DNA from: Acidobacteriota bacterium
GTDB lineage: Bacteria; Acidobacteriota; Thermoanaerobaculia; Gp7-AA8
Assembly: GCA_019244185.1 (NCBI GenBank)
Contig: JAFATB010000014.1
Coordinates: 96,001-160,000 of the forward strand
Reading direction: 5' to 3'
DNA length: 64,000 bases
Shown here: positions 28,651-37,338 of the stretch, in pieces
Position numbering within the stretch: position 1 is the first letter of the stretch
Layout: every line of letters begins with the position of its first letter
Position numbers and translations under genes: made by a program
Notes under the pieces: model-generated
What the model saw: only the letters and a program-made list of their open reading frames with translations
Databases searched by the model: none
What the model was told of the DNA's origin: nothing

Positions 28651-29463
28651 TTGCTGCGAGAAGGATCGGTCCTCCGCCTCAGCGAAACAGTCGTCGCGGC
28701 GTTGCTCGCCATCATCTGCGCGACGTTCGCCTTGCGCGCGCCGCAGGCGCTGCCGCTGCACGCGGCGCTGTTCATCGCATTCCTCGCGACGGCCGCGCTC
28801 GCGCGGCGGCATGACGGCATCCGCGCATTCGCACTCGTGGCGGTGCTGATGACGCTCTACTCGACGCTGGCCGAGCCGGCGTTCGTGGCCATGCGCGGCG
28901 CGAAGGACGCGACGCTCGCCGCCGTCGACCGCGTGCTGGCGTTCGGCCACGATCCCGCGCTCGTGGCGCAGCACTTCGTCACGCCGGCGAACCTCGAGTT
29001 CTTCTCGTTCATCTACGGCTTCTTCATCCCGTATCTGTGGATATCCATCTTTCTCGGCTGCGTCGGACGTCCGCGCCCCGAGCGCGCCGCGTTCCTCCTC
29101 GGCCTCACCATCACCTACACGCTCGCGTACCTCGGCTATCTCTTCGTCCCCGCGCGCGGGCCGGTCGAGTGGTACGCGTTCGCGGCGCCGCTGCACGGCG
29201 GCCGCTTCCACCGCATCGTGCTCGACTCCGTCGTCGCCACCGGCGGCAACCACGGCGCGTTCCCGAGCCTGCACGTCGGCGCGTCGGCGTATCTGTGTCT
29301 CTTCGACCTGAAACGCAATCCGCTGCGCGGGATGACCTACGTGCCGATGGTGCTGCTCATCACCGTCGCCACGATCGTGCTGCGCTATCACTACGTCATC
29401 GACATCCTGACCGGCCTCGCCATCGCGTTCCTCGCCTTCACGGCGACGGAGCGTGCGCGATGA
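28651..29463 (+). CDS. PAP2-superfamily membrane phosphatase/phosphotransferase (Aur1-like)
   Basis: Polytopic; YLFVPARGP, AFPSLH and YHYVID motifs; TTG start. Confidence 0.82.
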   Translation: MLREGSVLRLSETVVAALLAIICATFALRAPQALPLHAALFIAFLATAALARRHDGIRAFALVAVLMTLYSTLAEPAFVAMRGAKDATLAAVDRVLAFGHDPALVAQHFVTPANLEFFSFIYGFFIPYLWISIFLGCVGRPRPERAAFLLGLTITYTLAYLGYLFVPARGPVEWYAFAAPLHGGRFHRIVLDSVVATGGNHGAFPSLHVGASAYLCLFDLKRNPLRGMTYVPMVLLITVATIVLRYHYVIDILTGLAIAFLAFTATERAR

Positions 29464-30722
29464 CGCTCTTCCGCGCGCTCGCGCGCGCCGGCACTTCGCT
29501 CTTCTTCGACGCCATCGAGATCGAAGGCGCGCCGCCGGCGGACGGGCCGCTGCTCGTCGTCGCCAATCACACCAACGGCCTCGTCGACGGACTCGTGATC
29601 ACCGCGGCGATACAACGGCGCGTGTCGCTGACCGCGAAGAGCACGCTGAAGAAGAACCCGCTGCTCGCCGCCATCATCTGGCTGGCGGACGCGGTGCCGC
29701 TCTATCGCAGGCAGGACGCGGTGGACGTGGCGAAGAACCTCGACTCGTTCGCGGCCGTGCGCGCGCGGCTCGCGGGCGGCGGCGCGGTATGCATCTTCCC
29801 GGAAGGGCAGAGCCACTCCGACGCGTCGATGCGCGAATTCAAAACGGGCGCGGCGCGCATCGCGCTCGGCTGCCGCGGCATCGGCCTGAAGATCGTGCCG
29901 GTGGGACTCGAGTACGACGCGAAGCAGCGCTTTCGTTCGTCAGTCATCGTGCGCTTCGGCGACGCGATCGACGCCGACGCCTTCGACGACATCCACGCGC
30001 TGACGAACGAGCTCGAGGCGCGCGTCGGACAGCTGGCGACGCAGTTCCGCAGCGTGCGCGAGATGCTGTGGCTGCGATGGACGGCGGAACTGCTGGCGAC
30101 GAATGCCGAGAATCCGCGTCCGCTGGATCGCGAATCGAGCACGTTTGCCGCGCGCGCGAAACGCATCGCGGAGCTGCGCGACGCGTACGAACGCGCGAAC
30201 CGCGACGACGTCGTCGATCTCGTCGCGGAACTGCGCGCGTATCGCCGCGAGCTGCGGCGCCTCGGCATCGCGCCGCACGAAGTGTGGCTATCCATGCATC
30301 CGCTGCAGGCGCTCTTCTTCACCATCCGTGAGCTCGAACTGCTGCTCGCCGGCGGCGCGATCGCCGCGATCGGCGCGGTGCAGCACGGACTGGCGTTCCT
30401 CGCCGATCGCGTCGTGACGAAGAAGACCTCCATCGATCTCGATCACTGGGCGTCGAACGCGATCTTCTACGGCTTCGCGCTCTTTCCGCTCGTGACGATT
30501 CTCGGCATTGCCATCGTGGCCGCGCTCGCGGGCTGGCGGTGGGCGCTGCTGTACGCGCTCGCGGCGCCGTTCACGCTCGTCTATTCGATCCGGTGGAGCG
30601 AACGCATCGCCCGCGCGGCGCGGCGGGCGCGCACCTTTTTCACGTTCCTCGTGCATCGCGGCCTGCAGCGCGAGCTGCAACGGCGCGGACGCGCGCTGAT
30701 CGACGCGATCTCGCGCGCATGA
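29460..30722 (+). CDS. PlsC-family glycerolipid acyltransferase with C-terminal TM region (420 aa)
   Basis: ATGA coupling; NHTNGLVD (HxxxxD) and IFPEG motifs. Confidence 0.88.
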   Translation: MTLFRALARAGTSLFFDAIEIEGAPPADGPLLVVANHTNGLVDGLVITAAIQRRVSLTAKSTLKKNPLLAAIIWLADAVPLYRRQDAVDVAKNLDSFAAVRARLAGGGAVCIFPEGQSHSDASMREFKTGAARIALGCRGIGLKIVPVGLEYDAKQRFRSSVIVRFGDAIDADAFDDIHALTNELEARVGQLATQFRSVREMLWLRWTAELLATNAENPRPLDRESSTFAARAKRIAELRDAYERANRDDVVDLVAELRAYRRELRRLGIAPHEVWLSMHPLQALFFTIRELELLLAGGAIAAIGAVQHGLAFLADRVVTKKTSIDLDHWASNAIFYGFALFPLVTILGIAIVAALAGWRWALLYALAAPFTLVYSIRWSERIARAARRARTFFTFLVHRGLQRELQRRGRALIDAISRA

Positions 30723-30747
30723 AGCGCATGAGACGACAGGAGAACCG

Positions 30748-33132
30748 ATGATTCTTCCCTTCGACGATCCCGCGGCCACGCAACTCGCCGTCAGCGGCGG
30801 CAAAGGCGCGTCGCTGGCGAAGCTCTTCCAGGCCGGCTTCGACGTCCCGCCCGGCGTCATCATCCGCGCGTCGGCGACGATGCCCGACGACGCGGCGTTC
30901 GCCGATTCCTTGCGCGACGCCACCGCAGCCCTCCTCGCGCGCGGCGCCGTCGCGGTGCGCAGCTCGTCGACGATGGAAGATCTCGCCGGCGCCGCGTTCG
31001 CCGGTCAGCACGACACCTTCCTCGGCATCACCACGTTCGAGCAGCTGCTCGACGCCGTGCGCAACTGCTTCGCCTCGCTCTGCACCGACCGCGCGGTTGC
31101 GTATCGCGAGGCGCGCGGCTTCGATCACGCGAAAGCGACCATGGCCGTCGTGGTGCAGTCGCTCGTGCACGCCGACGTTGCCGGCGTCGCGTTCTCGATG
31201 AACCCGATCACCGGCAACCTCGGCGAGATCGTGCTCAACGCGTCGTACGGCCTCGGCGAGACGGTCGTCTCCGGCGAAGGCGACGTCGATCAGTTCATCC
31301 TCGACAAGAAGAGCGGCGCCGTGCGCGAGCGCTCGATCGGCGCGAAGCTGCGCAAGATCGTCGCGAGCGGCGACGGCACGACGCGCGAGGTCGAGCTCAC
31401 CGAAGACGAACGCGGCGCGTCGTCGCTGAGCGGAGCACAGCTCGAACAACTGCGCGCGCTCGTCGTCCGCGTCGAACGCTTCTACGCGTTTCCGCAGGAC
31501 ATCGAATGGGCGTTCGCGGGCGGCTCGCTTTACCTGCTGCAATCGCGGCCGATCACGAAGTTTCCCGCGCGCTGGACGCGCGGCGAGTCCGCCGAGCGCT
31601 TCCCGAACGTCGTCACGCCGCTGACGTGGGACTTCGTCGTGGAAGGCTTTCACGCGTCGCTCGAACACTCGCTGCGCCTCATGGGCATGCCGCCGTTCGA
31701 AGGGCACTGGTTCGAGCTCTTCGACCACTACGTCTACGGCAACGAGACCGCGGTGAAGCTCTTCACGTCCGGCCAGCAGGTCGCGTTCGACTCGCTCGAC
31801 GCGCTGCGCGCGCTGCAGCCGGTCATCCGCGAGCGTTACCAGTGGGTCGTGCAGCTGCCCGTCGCGTGGGCGCGCGATCTCGACTGGTATCTCCTGCGCC
31901 TCGGCGCGCACGGCGCCGCCGATCTCGCGTCGATGAACGAGGCGCAACTCTGGCGGCAGATCCAGTCGATCAACGAGACCGGCACGCGGTACTTCCTGCC
32001 GAACATCGCCATCTCGATCACGCACGGCATTCTCCACCGCATGCTGTACGGACTGGCGATGCTCGTCGCCGGCGCGGAAGGTCCGGCGCTGTACGACTCG
32101 CTGACGTGCTTCTGCGACACGAAGACGAACCTCGTGAACCTCGACCTGATGCGCCTCGCCGCGTCGATCCGCAGCGAGGCCGCGCTGCGCGAGCTGCTCG
32201 CGAAGAGCGATCGCCGCGCGCTCTGGAACGAAGGCAGGCTGCGCGCGTTTCCCGAGTTCGCGCGCGCGTTCGAGACGTTCCTCACGAACCACGGACATCG
32301 CGAAGTCGACTTCGACACGTATCACCCGACGTGGATCGGGCAGCCGTGGGTCGTGCTCGAAAACCTGCGCCTCATGGCCGAGCGCGACGACGCGGGCGAT
32401 CCCGCCGCGCGCGAGGTCGCGCTGCGCGAGCGGCAGCAGGAAGCGGAGCGCAGCCTCGGCGCGCGCGTGCCGGAAGACCTGCGCTACTTCGCGCTCGAGC
32501 TCGTGCGCCTCGCGCGCGCGTACACGGCGCTCGACGACCTCGAACACTACGAGACGACGCGGCTCTCCGTGCCGTTCCGCGCCGCGATCGTGGAGCTCGG
32601 CGCGCGTTTCGCGCAGCGCGGCATTCTCGCGCGCGCGGAAGACATCTTCTTCCTGCGCAAGCAAACCATCGCGCAGCTCGTCGACGGTTCGACCGATGAC
32701 GCCGCGGCGACCGCGGAAGCGAACGATGCGTGCGCAAAGTACGAGGCGAACAAAGTGCGCACGCCGTCGTGGGCGCTCGGCGACGTCGCCGACGAAACGC
32801 CGGCCGGCGACGTGCTGCGCGGCTTGCCCGGCTCGCCCGGTGTCGCCGAGGGACAGGTGTTCCGCCTGCACGGCGTCGACGACTTCGGACGCTTTCCCGC
32901 CGGCGCCGTGCTCGTCGCGCGCACGACCAATCCGGCGTGGACGCCGCTCTTCCACACCTCGGTCGCGGTGATCACGGAAAGCGGCGGACCGCTGTCGCAC
33001 GGCGCCGTCACCGCGCGCGAGGTCGGCATTCCGGCGGTGATGGCGGTGCGCGGCGCGCTCGGGATTCTCGCGGACGGCGAACGCGTGCGCGTCAACGGCA
33101 CGACCGGCGTCGTCACGCGCATCGCGTCGTGA
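30748..33132 (+). CDS. PEP-utilising/PPDK-like phosphotransferase or ligase (ATP-grasp, central domain, His swivel; RPH/PigC-type architecture; 794 aa)
   Basis: GGKGASL, VAVRSS..ED...FAGQ, QDIEWA...LLQSRPIT; C-terminal GGPLSHGAVTARE phospho-His motif. Confidence 0.88.
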   Translation: MILPFDDPAATQLAVSGGKGASLAKLFQAGFDVPPGVIIRASATMPDDAAFADSLRDATAALLARGAVAVRSSSTMEDLAGAAFAGQHDTFLGITTFEQLLDAVRNCFASLCTDRAVAYREARGFDHAKATMAVVVQSLVHADVAGVAFSMNPITGNLGEIVLNASYGLGETVVSGEGDVDQFILDKKSGAVRERSIGAKLRKIVASGDGTTREVELTEDERGASSLSGAQLEQLRALVVRVERFYAFPQDIEWAFAGGSLYLLQSRPITKFPARWTRGESAERFPNVVTPLTWDFVVEGFHASLEHSLRLMGMPPFEGHWFELFDHYVYGNETAVKLFTSGQQVAFDSLDALRALQPVIRERYQWVVQLPVAWARDLDWYLLRLGAHGAADLASMNEAQLWRQIQSINETGTRYFLPNIAISITHGILHRMLYGLAMLVAGAEGPALYDSLTCFCDTKTNLVNLDLMRLAASIRSEAALRELLAKSDRRALWNEGRLRAFPEFARAFETFLTNHGHREVDFDTYHPTWIGQPWVVLENLRLMAERDDAGDPAAREVALRERQQEAERSLGARVPEDLRYFALELVRLARAYTALDDLEHYETTRLSVPFRAAIVELGARFAQRGILARAEDIFFLRKQTIAQLVDGSTDDAAATAEANDACAKYEANKVRTPSWALGDVADETPAGDVLRGLPGSPGVAEGQVFRLHGVDDFGRFPAGAVLVARTTNPAWTPLFHTSVAVITESGGPLSHGAVTAREVGIPAVMAVRGALGILADGERVRVNGTTGVVTRIAS

Positions 33133-33164
33133 ACGCGACGCGTCGCGCCGTGTACCATCACGCG

Positions 33165-34250
33165 ATGCTGCCGTTTGCGCCGCCGCTCGCTCCGATGCTC
33201 TCCGCCGCCGCCGATGCGTTGCCCGAAGGAGATGGTTGGCAGTTCGAGCCGAAGTGGGATGGATTCCGAACGCTCGTCTTCCGCGACGGCGCCGACCTCA
33301 CGCTGCAGAGTCGCGACGAGAAGCCGATGAATCGCTACTTTCCCGAGCTCGTCGAGCCGCTGCTCGCCGCGCTGCCGGAGCGTTGCGTGCTCGACGGCGA
33401 GATCGTGATCGTCGGCGCGAACGGACTCGACTTCGAGGCGCTGCTGCTGCGCATTCATCCCGCGGCGTCGCGCGTGAAGCTGCTCGCGAAGGACACGCCG
33501 GCGTCGTTCGTTGCGTGGGATCTGCTCGCGCTCGGCGACGAAGACCTGCGCGAAGTGCCGCTCGAAGAACGGCGCCGCCGTCTTGAAGAGGTGCTCGCGA
33601 ACGTCGCCGCGCCGCTGCATCTCTCGCCCGCGACGCGCGACCGCGCGCTGGCCGAGGATTGGTTTCAGCGTTTCGAAGGCGCGGGGCTCGACGGCGTGAT
33701 GGCGAAGCGGCTCGACTCGCCGTACCGCGCGGGCGAGCGCACGATGTTCAAGATCAAGCACTCGCGCACCGCCGACTGCGTCGTGGCCGGTTTCCGCTGG
33801 CACAAGAATGGTCCGGGCACCATGATCGGCTCGCTGCTTCTCGGCCTGTACGACGACGAAGGGCAGCTGCATCACGTCGGCGTCACGGCGGCGTTCACGA
33901 CGGCGACGCGCAAGAAGCTCGTCGAAGAGCTCGCGCCGCTGCGCGAGAACGCGCTCGAAGGACATCCGTGGCAGCACTGGGCGGAAGCGCAGCAGGAAGC
34001 GAACGTGAACGGGCAGCGCTTGCCCGGCGCGACGAGTCGCTGGAATCGCGGCAAAGACCTGAGCTGGGAGCCGCTGCGTCCCGAGCGCGTGTGCGAGGTG
34101 TCGTTCGACCACATGCAGGGCACGCGCTTCCGCCACGCAGCGCATTTCCTGCGCTGGCGCTTCGACAAGCGCCCCGAGGATTGCCGCTACGATCAGCTCG
34201 AGGTGACGCCCGCTTACGAGCTCGAGCGCGTCTTCGGCGCCGCGCGCTGA
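33165..34250 (+). CDS. ligC: ATP-dependent DNA ligase, LigC type (361 aa)
   Basis: FEPKWDGFR adenylation motif, LDGEIV, DGVMAK, KIKH, GSLLLGLYD; stand-alone catalytic core. Confidence 0.88.
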   Translation: MLPFAPPLAPMLSAAADALPEGDGWQFEPKWDGFRTLVFRDGADLTLQSRDEKPMNRYFPELVEPLLAALPERCVLDGEIVIVGANGLDFEALLLRIHPAASRVKLLAKDTPASFVAWDLLALGDEDLREVPLEERRRRLEEVLANVAAPLHLSPATRDRALAEDWFQRFEGAGLDGVMAKRLDSPYRAGERTMFKIKHSRTADCVVAGFRWHKNGPGTMIGSLLLGLYDDEGQLHHVGVTAAFTTATRKKLVEELAPLRENALEGHPWQHWAEAQQEANVNGQRLPGATSRWNRGKDLSWEPLRPERVCEVSFDHMQGTRFRHAAHFLRWRFDKRPEDCRYDQLEVTPAYELERVFGAAR

Positions 34251-35593
34251 GACGCCCACGGATCGTAATCGGGATCGGGCGCTTCTTCGGCGGGACGCAG
34301 TTCTTCCGGCACGTGACGCAGGTTCACGCGGATGCGCGTCCACGTGCTCGAGCGTCCGCGCATCGCGTCGACGAGCACGTCGTCCACCGCGAGCTTCTCC
34401 GCGGCCTCGGAATGCCGCGCTTTCCAGCGCTCGAGTCCCGCGAGCGCTTCGTCTTTGTGCTGCGCTTTCGCGACGGTGATGAGCGGCTCTTTCGAGACGC
34501 GGCGTCCCGTGCTCGATGATGACGACGACTTCTTCGCAGATGCTGGTTTCTGCGCGGCCGGCTTCTTCGCGGACGTTTTCTTCGCGGACGTTTTCTTCGC
34601 GCGGGAGGGCGCGACGCGCGGCGGCTCGCCGGCTTGCTTCTGATAGTTCGGCGGCCACGGCGCGTCGCCGAGTCCCGCGGCTTCCTGTTCGGCGGAGAGC
34701 GCGAGCAGCGGCTCGAGCGAGTCAGCGCGTTCGTCGATCGCGGCGGATGCGTCGCCGTGCTCCGCAAAGTACGCGGGCGCGGTGGCGAGGGTGAAGCGCG
34801 CGGGATCGCACGTCGCGACTTCGTCCCACGCGAGCGGCATCGACACGCGCGCGTCGGGCGTGGGGCGCACGGAGAACGCCGACGCGACGGTGCGGTCTTT
34901 CGCGTTCTGGTTGTAGTCCAGGAAGACGCCGTGGCGTTCTTCCTTCCACCACTTGCTCGTCGCGAGGTCGGGGACGCGGCGCTCGACTTCGCGCGCGATC
35001 GCGAGCGCGGCGCGGCGCACCTGATCGAACGTCCACTTCCGTTCGATGCGCACGTTGATGTGAATGCCGCGCGAGCCGGACGTCTTCGGCCAACCGCGCA
35101 TGCCGCGCTCGTCGAGCACGTCGCGGACGACGAGCGCCACGCGGCGCACGTCCTCGAAGCTGACGCCGGGGCCGGGATCGAGATCGACGCGCAACTCGTC
35201 GGGGTGGTCGAGATCGTCGGCGCGTACGGGATGCGGGTTGAGATCGATGCAGCCGAGGTTGATGATCCAGAGGAGTTGCGCGGCGTTGCGGATCACGATC
35301 TCGCGCGCGGTGCGGCCGGAGGGGAAGAACAGCTCGACGGTCTCGATCCAGTCGGGATGCTGATCGGGCGCGCGCTTCTGGAAAAACGGCTCGTGATCGG
35401 CGCCGTTGACGTAGCGCTTGAGGACGATGGGACGGTTGTCGATGCCGCGCAGCGCGCCTTCGGCGACCGCGGCGTAGTAATGCACGAGGTCGAGCTTCGT
35501 GTAGCCCGCCTCCGGGAAAAAGAGCTTGCTTGGGTTGGTGATCGTGACTTCGCGGCCGGCGATCTCGATCGTCGTCTGCTCTGACTTCGCCAT
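34214..35593 (-). CDS. LigD-type AEP polymerase (Prim-PolC-like) with C-terminal extension (459 aa)
   Basis: TKLDLVHYY, FFQKR, ELRVDLDP, KTSGSRGIH, FLDYNQN motifs. Convergent with ligC, overlapping by 37 bp. Confidence 0.88.
   Translation of the reverse strand: MAKSEQTTIEIAGREVTITNPSKLFFPEAGYTKLDLVHYYAAVAEGALRGIDNRPIVLKRYVNGADHEPFFQKRAPDQHPDWIETVELFFPSGRTAREIVIRNAAQLLWIINLGCIDLNPHPVRADDLDHPDELRVDLDPGPGVSFEDVRRVALVVRDVLDERGMRGWPKTSGSRGIHINVRIERKWTFDQVRRAALAIAREVERRVPDLATSKWWKEERHGVFLDYNQNAKDRTVASAFSVRPTPDARVSMPLAWDEVATCDPARFTLATAPAYFAEHGDASAAIDERADSLEPLLALSAEQEAAGLGDAPWPPNYQKQAGEPPRVAPSRAKKTSAKKTSAKKPAAQKPASAKKSSSSSSTGRRVSKEPLITVAKAQHKDEALAGLERWKARHSEAAEKLAVDDVLVDAMRGRSSTWTRIRVNLRHVPEELRPAEEAPDPDYDPWASQRAAPKTRSSS
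34563..34600. repeat. Short tandem repeat (TTCTTCGCGGACGTT, about 2.5 copies) encoding an AKKTS linker
   Basis: Directly visible 15-bp period; translates to AKKTSAKKTSAKK on the minus strand. Confidence 0.8.
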
Positions 35594-35643
35594 CGCGGCA
35601 AGTGTGGGTGCAACGCGGCGGCGCGCGCAAGAGCATCGCGCGC

Positions 35644-35679
35644 AAAAAGAAATCGCGGCCGTTGCCGGCCGCGATTTCT
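35644..35679 (-). terminator. Intrinsic terminator
   Basis: Minus strand AGAAATCGCGGCCG-GCAA-CGGCCGCGATTTCT-TTTT downstream of the gene ending at 35705. Confidence 0.8.
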
Positions 35680-35704
35680 GAAGCGGTGCCGCGCGCTCTC
35701 TCGT

Positions 35705-36244
35705 TTAGTGACGGTGTCCGCCGCGTCCGCCGTGTCCGCCGCCGAAGTGGCCGCCCGGGCGGTAGTAGTGTCCGCCGCGGTAGCCGCCGAACCCGAAGCC
35801 CAAGCCGATCGACAGGCGCGGTCCGTACCAGAACGGATCGTAGTAATACGGCGAATACGCCGAATACCACGGGTCGTAGTACGGGCGGACGTAGACGGTC
35901 GAGTACGTGCGGCCGTCGGTGTGGCGGTCGCCGCGCTCGTCGCGGTCGTACGCGTAGTCCATCACCGCGTCGAGGACGGGCTTGGAGACGTGCGCGTCGG
36001 TGAGGGCGATGATGACGTCGGCGTCGACGACGTAGCGCTCGCGCGAGTCGCGCACGAACTTGATGATGGCGTCGTCGCCCACGCCCGCCTGGGTCATGCG
36101 GATCACGTCGTCGATGACGCTGGTGCGGTCGCGGCGGTCGGTGCGCGTCTCGCGTCCGTCGCGGTCCGGGGAGTCGAGCGCGAACATCGGCGCCGCGGCG
36201 GTGAGAGACAGCAGTACGGCAACTGCAGGTAAGAAACGTTTCAT
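35705..36244 (-). CDS. Secreted protein with Tyr/Pro- and Gly/His/Arg-rich tail (179 aa)
   Basis: RBS GAAGGAG; signal peptide MKRFLPAVAVLLSLTAAAPMFA; DDVIRMTQAGVGDDAII helical unit; YYDPW/YYDPF repeats; GGH-rich end. Confidence 0.8.
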   Translation of the reverse strand: MKRFLPAVAVLLSLTAAAPMFALDSPDRDGRETRTDRRDRTSVIDDVIRMTQAGVGDDAIIKFVRDSRERYVVDADVIIALTDAHVSKPVLDAVMDYAYDRDERGDRHTDGRTYSTVYVRPYYDPWYSAYSPYYYDPFWYGPRLSIGLGFGFGGYRGGHYYRPGGHFGGGHGGRGGHRH

Positions 36245-36432
36245 GGATCGATGGTCTCCTTCGTTCGCTGCAGCGTCTGCATGCGACGGCTGAGCCACCA
36301 TCCCGCTCTCTGCGCGTGGTTTTCGAGCGCGTGAAAAGCTCCTCTCGCGAGGACAGCGCGTCCACGAAACAGGCCGCTGCCGCGCACCGCTGGAGGACGG
36401 TGCACGGCAGGCGGATCATCGCGAGTTGCGAA

Positions 36433-36864
36433 TCAGCGGAGCCAGTTCAGCGAGTCGATCTCGATGCGGCCGCCGCGGAAGATGCCGCCGAGCGAGAGCG
36501 AGACGCCGACGCGCAGGTTGTTGCGGCCGCGGTTGCGCATGCGCGCCTGCGGGATCCAGTACCAGTCGCGGCCGTGGTCGATCTGCACGAGGTAGCCGCC
36601 GTTCTGGCGCGTGATCGCGGTGACGCGTCCGCGGGCGTTGATGCGCTCGTTCTCGCGGTGGCCGCGGTACGAGCCGCGGTTGTCGCGACGGTCATTGTCG
36701 CGGGAGTCGTTGTTCCGGGAGTCGTACCCGCGGTTGTCGTTGTAACGACCGTTGTCGTTGTAACCGCCGCGGGGCGCGGGCGCCGCGAAGACGGACGTCG
36801 ACATGAGCAACGCCAGCGCTCCGGCGCCGGCCACGTTCCACTTTGCTGTTCCCTTGCTTTTCAT
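36433..36864 (-). CDS. Secreted protein with ND/RD-rich low-complexity region and small beta domain (143 aa)
   Basis: RBS GAAGGAG; signal peptide ending VFAA; YNDN and DSR repeats; C-terminal beta-strand pattern. Confidence 0.78.
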   Translation of the reverse strand: MKSKGTAKWNVAGAGALALLMSTSVFAAPAPRGGYNDNGRYNDNRGYDSRNNDSRDNDRRDNRGSYRGHRENERINARGRVTAITRQNGGYLVQIDHGRDWYWIPQARMRNRGRNNLRVGVSLSLGGIFRGGRIEIDSLNWLR

Positions 36865-36938
36865 CTTGATCTCCTTCGTTACGCACAAGAAGACAAGCGG
36901 GCGAAGGGCGATCTTTCGGCGAAAACACGAGGCGCACC

Positions 36939-37025
36939 GCGGCATCACGAACGGCACGGCGGCGTCACGAACGGTCGGCGCGCATGCGGCGCGCGCCCGA
37001 AACAACAACGTCCGAAACAACAACG
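36939..37025. repeat. Two pairs of short direct repeats in intergenic DNA
   Basis: GCGGCRTCACGAACGG at 36939 and 36959 (20-bp period); CCGAAACAACAACG at 36997 and 37012 (15-bp period). Confidence 0.8.
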
Positions 37026-37057
37026 GCCGGATGAGAGCCATCCCTCATCCGGCCGTT
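37012..37057 (-). terminator. Intrinsic terminator of the small minus-strand unit
   Basis: AACGGCCGGATGAG...CTCATCCGGCCGTT 14-bp stem followed on the minus strand by GTTGTTT. Confidence 0.7.
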
Positions 37058-37067
37058 CTCCGCTCGG

Positions 37068-37196
37068 TCACTGGCAGGTGAGGTTCCGAGCGGAAAGACA
37101 GCTTCTCGAGGCGATGCGCACGTGCAGCGATCCGTTCGGATCGGAGCCGGGACGAACCGGCGACGGCAGGACGAAAGTCGGGGTCTTCGAAGGCAT
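37068..37196 (-). CDS. Putative 42-aa peptide MPSKTPTFVLPSPVRPGSDPNGSLHVRIASRSCLSARNLTCQ (or part of a structured sRNA)
   Basis: Read by hand (not in the ORF track). GAGGTG RBS 7 nt before ATG; flanked by a sigma54-type promoter and a terminator. Confidence 0.45.
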   Translation of the reverse strand: MPSKTPTFVLPSPVRPGSDPNGSLHVRIASRSCLSARNLTCQ

Positions 37197-37251
37197 CGCG
37201 TCTCACCTCGAACACGCCAGGTAGTGTCACTACCAGGCACGGGGAAAGGGA

Positions 37252-37267
37252 AGCATTGCGAATGCCA
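37252..37267 (-). promoter_or_regulatory. Putative sigma54 (-24/-12) promoter
   Basis: Minus strand TGGCATTCGCAATGCT gives GG-N10-GC, preceded by an AT-rich, IHF-site-like tract (about 37270-37303) in an otherwise very GC-rich window. Confidence 0.6.
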
Positions 37268-37338
37268 TATTTCGTAAACTGCTGCATTCATTTGAGTTAT
37301 TTCGGTCGCAGTGCTACCACCGATCCAGCCCGTGCCGC

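Noticed and set aside
30748-33132. Rifampin phosphotransferase (rph) or PEP synthase (ppsA) call
   Set aside because: Lacks the C-terminal PEP/pyruvate-binding barrel of PpsA; the RPH-like layout is shared by many enzymes and substrate cannot be read from sequence.
33165-35593. Complete NHEJ (Ku-LigD) system
   Set aside because: No Ku and no phosphoesterase domain in the window; the organisation matches LigC/Prim-PolC.
36939-37025. CRISPR array
   Set aside because: Only two copies of 14-16 bp units, with no spacer-sized intervals and no cas genes.
37045-37287. 80-aa minus-strand ORF from the track
   Set aside because: It starts upstream of and runs through the sigma54-like promoter and has no RBS; the 42-aa ORF in another frame fits the signals better.
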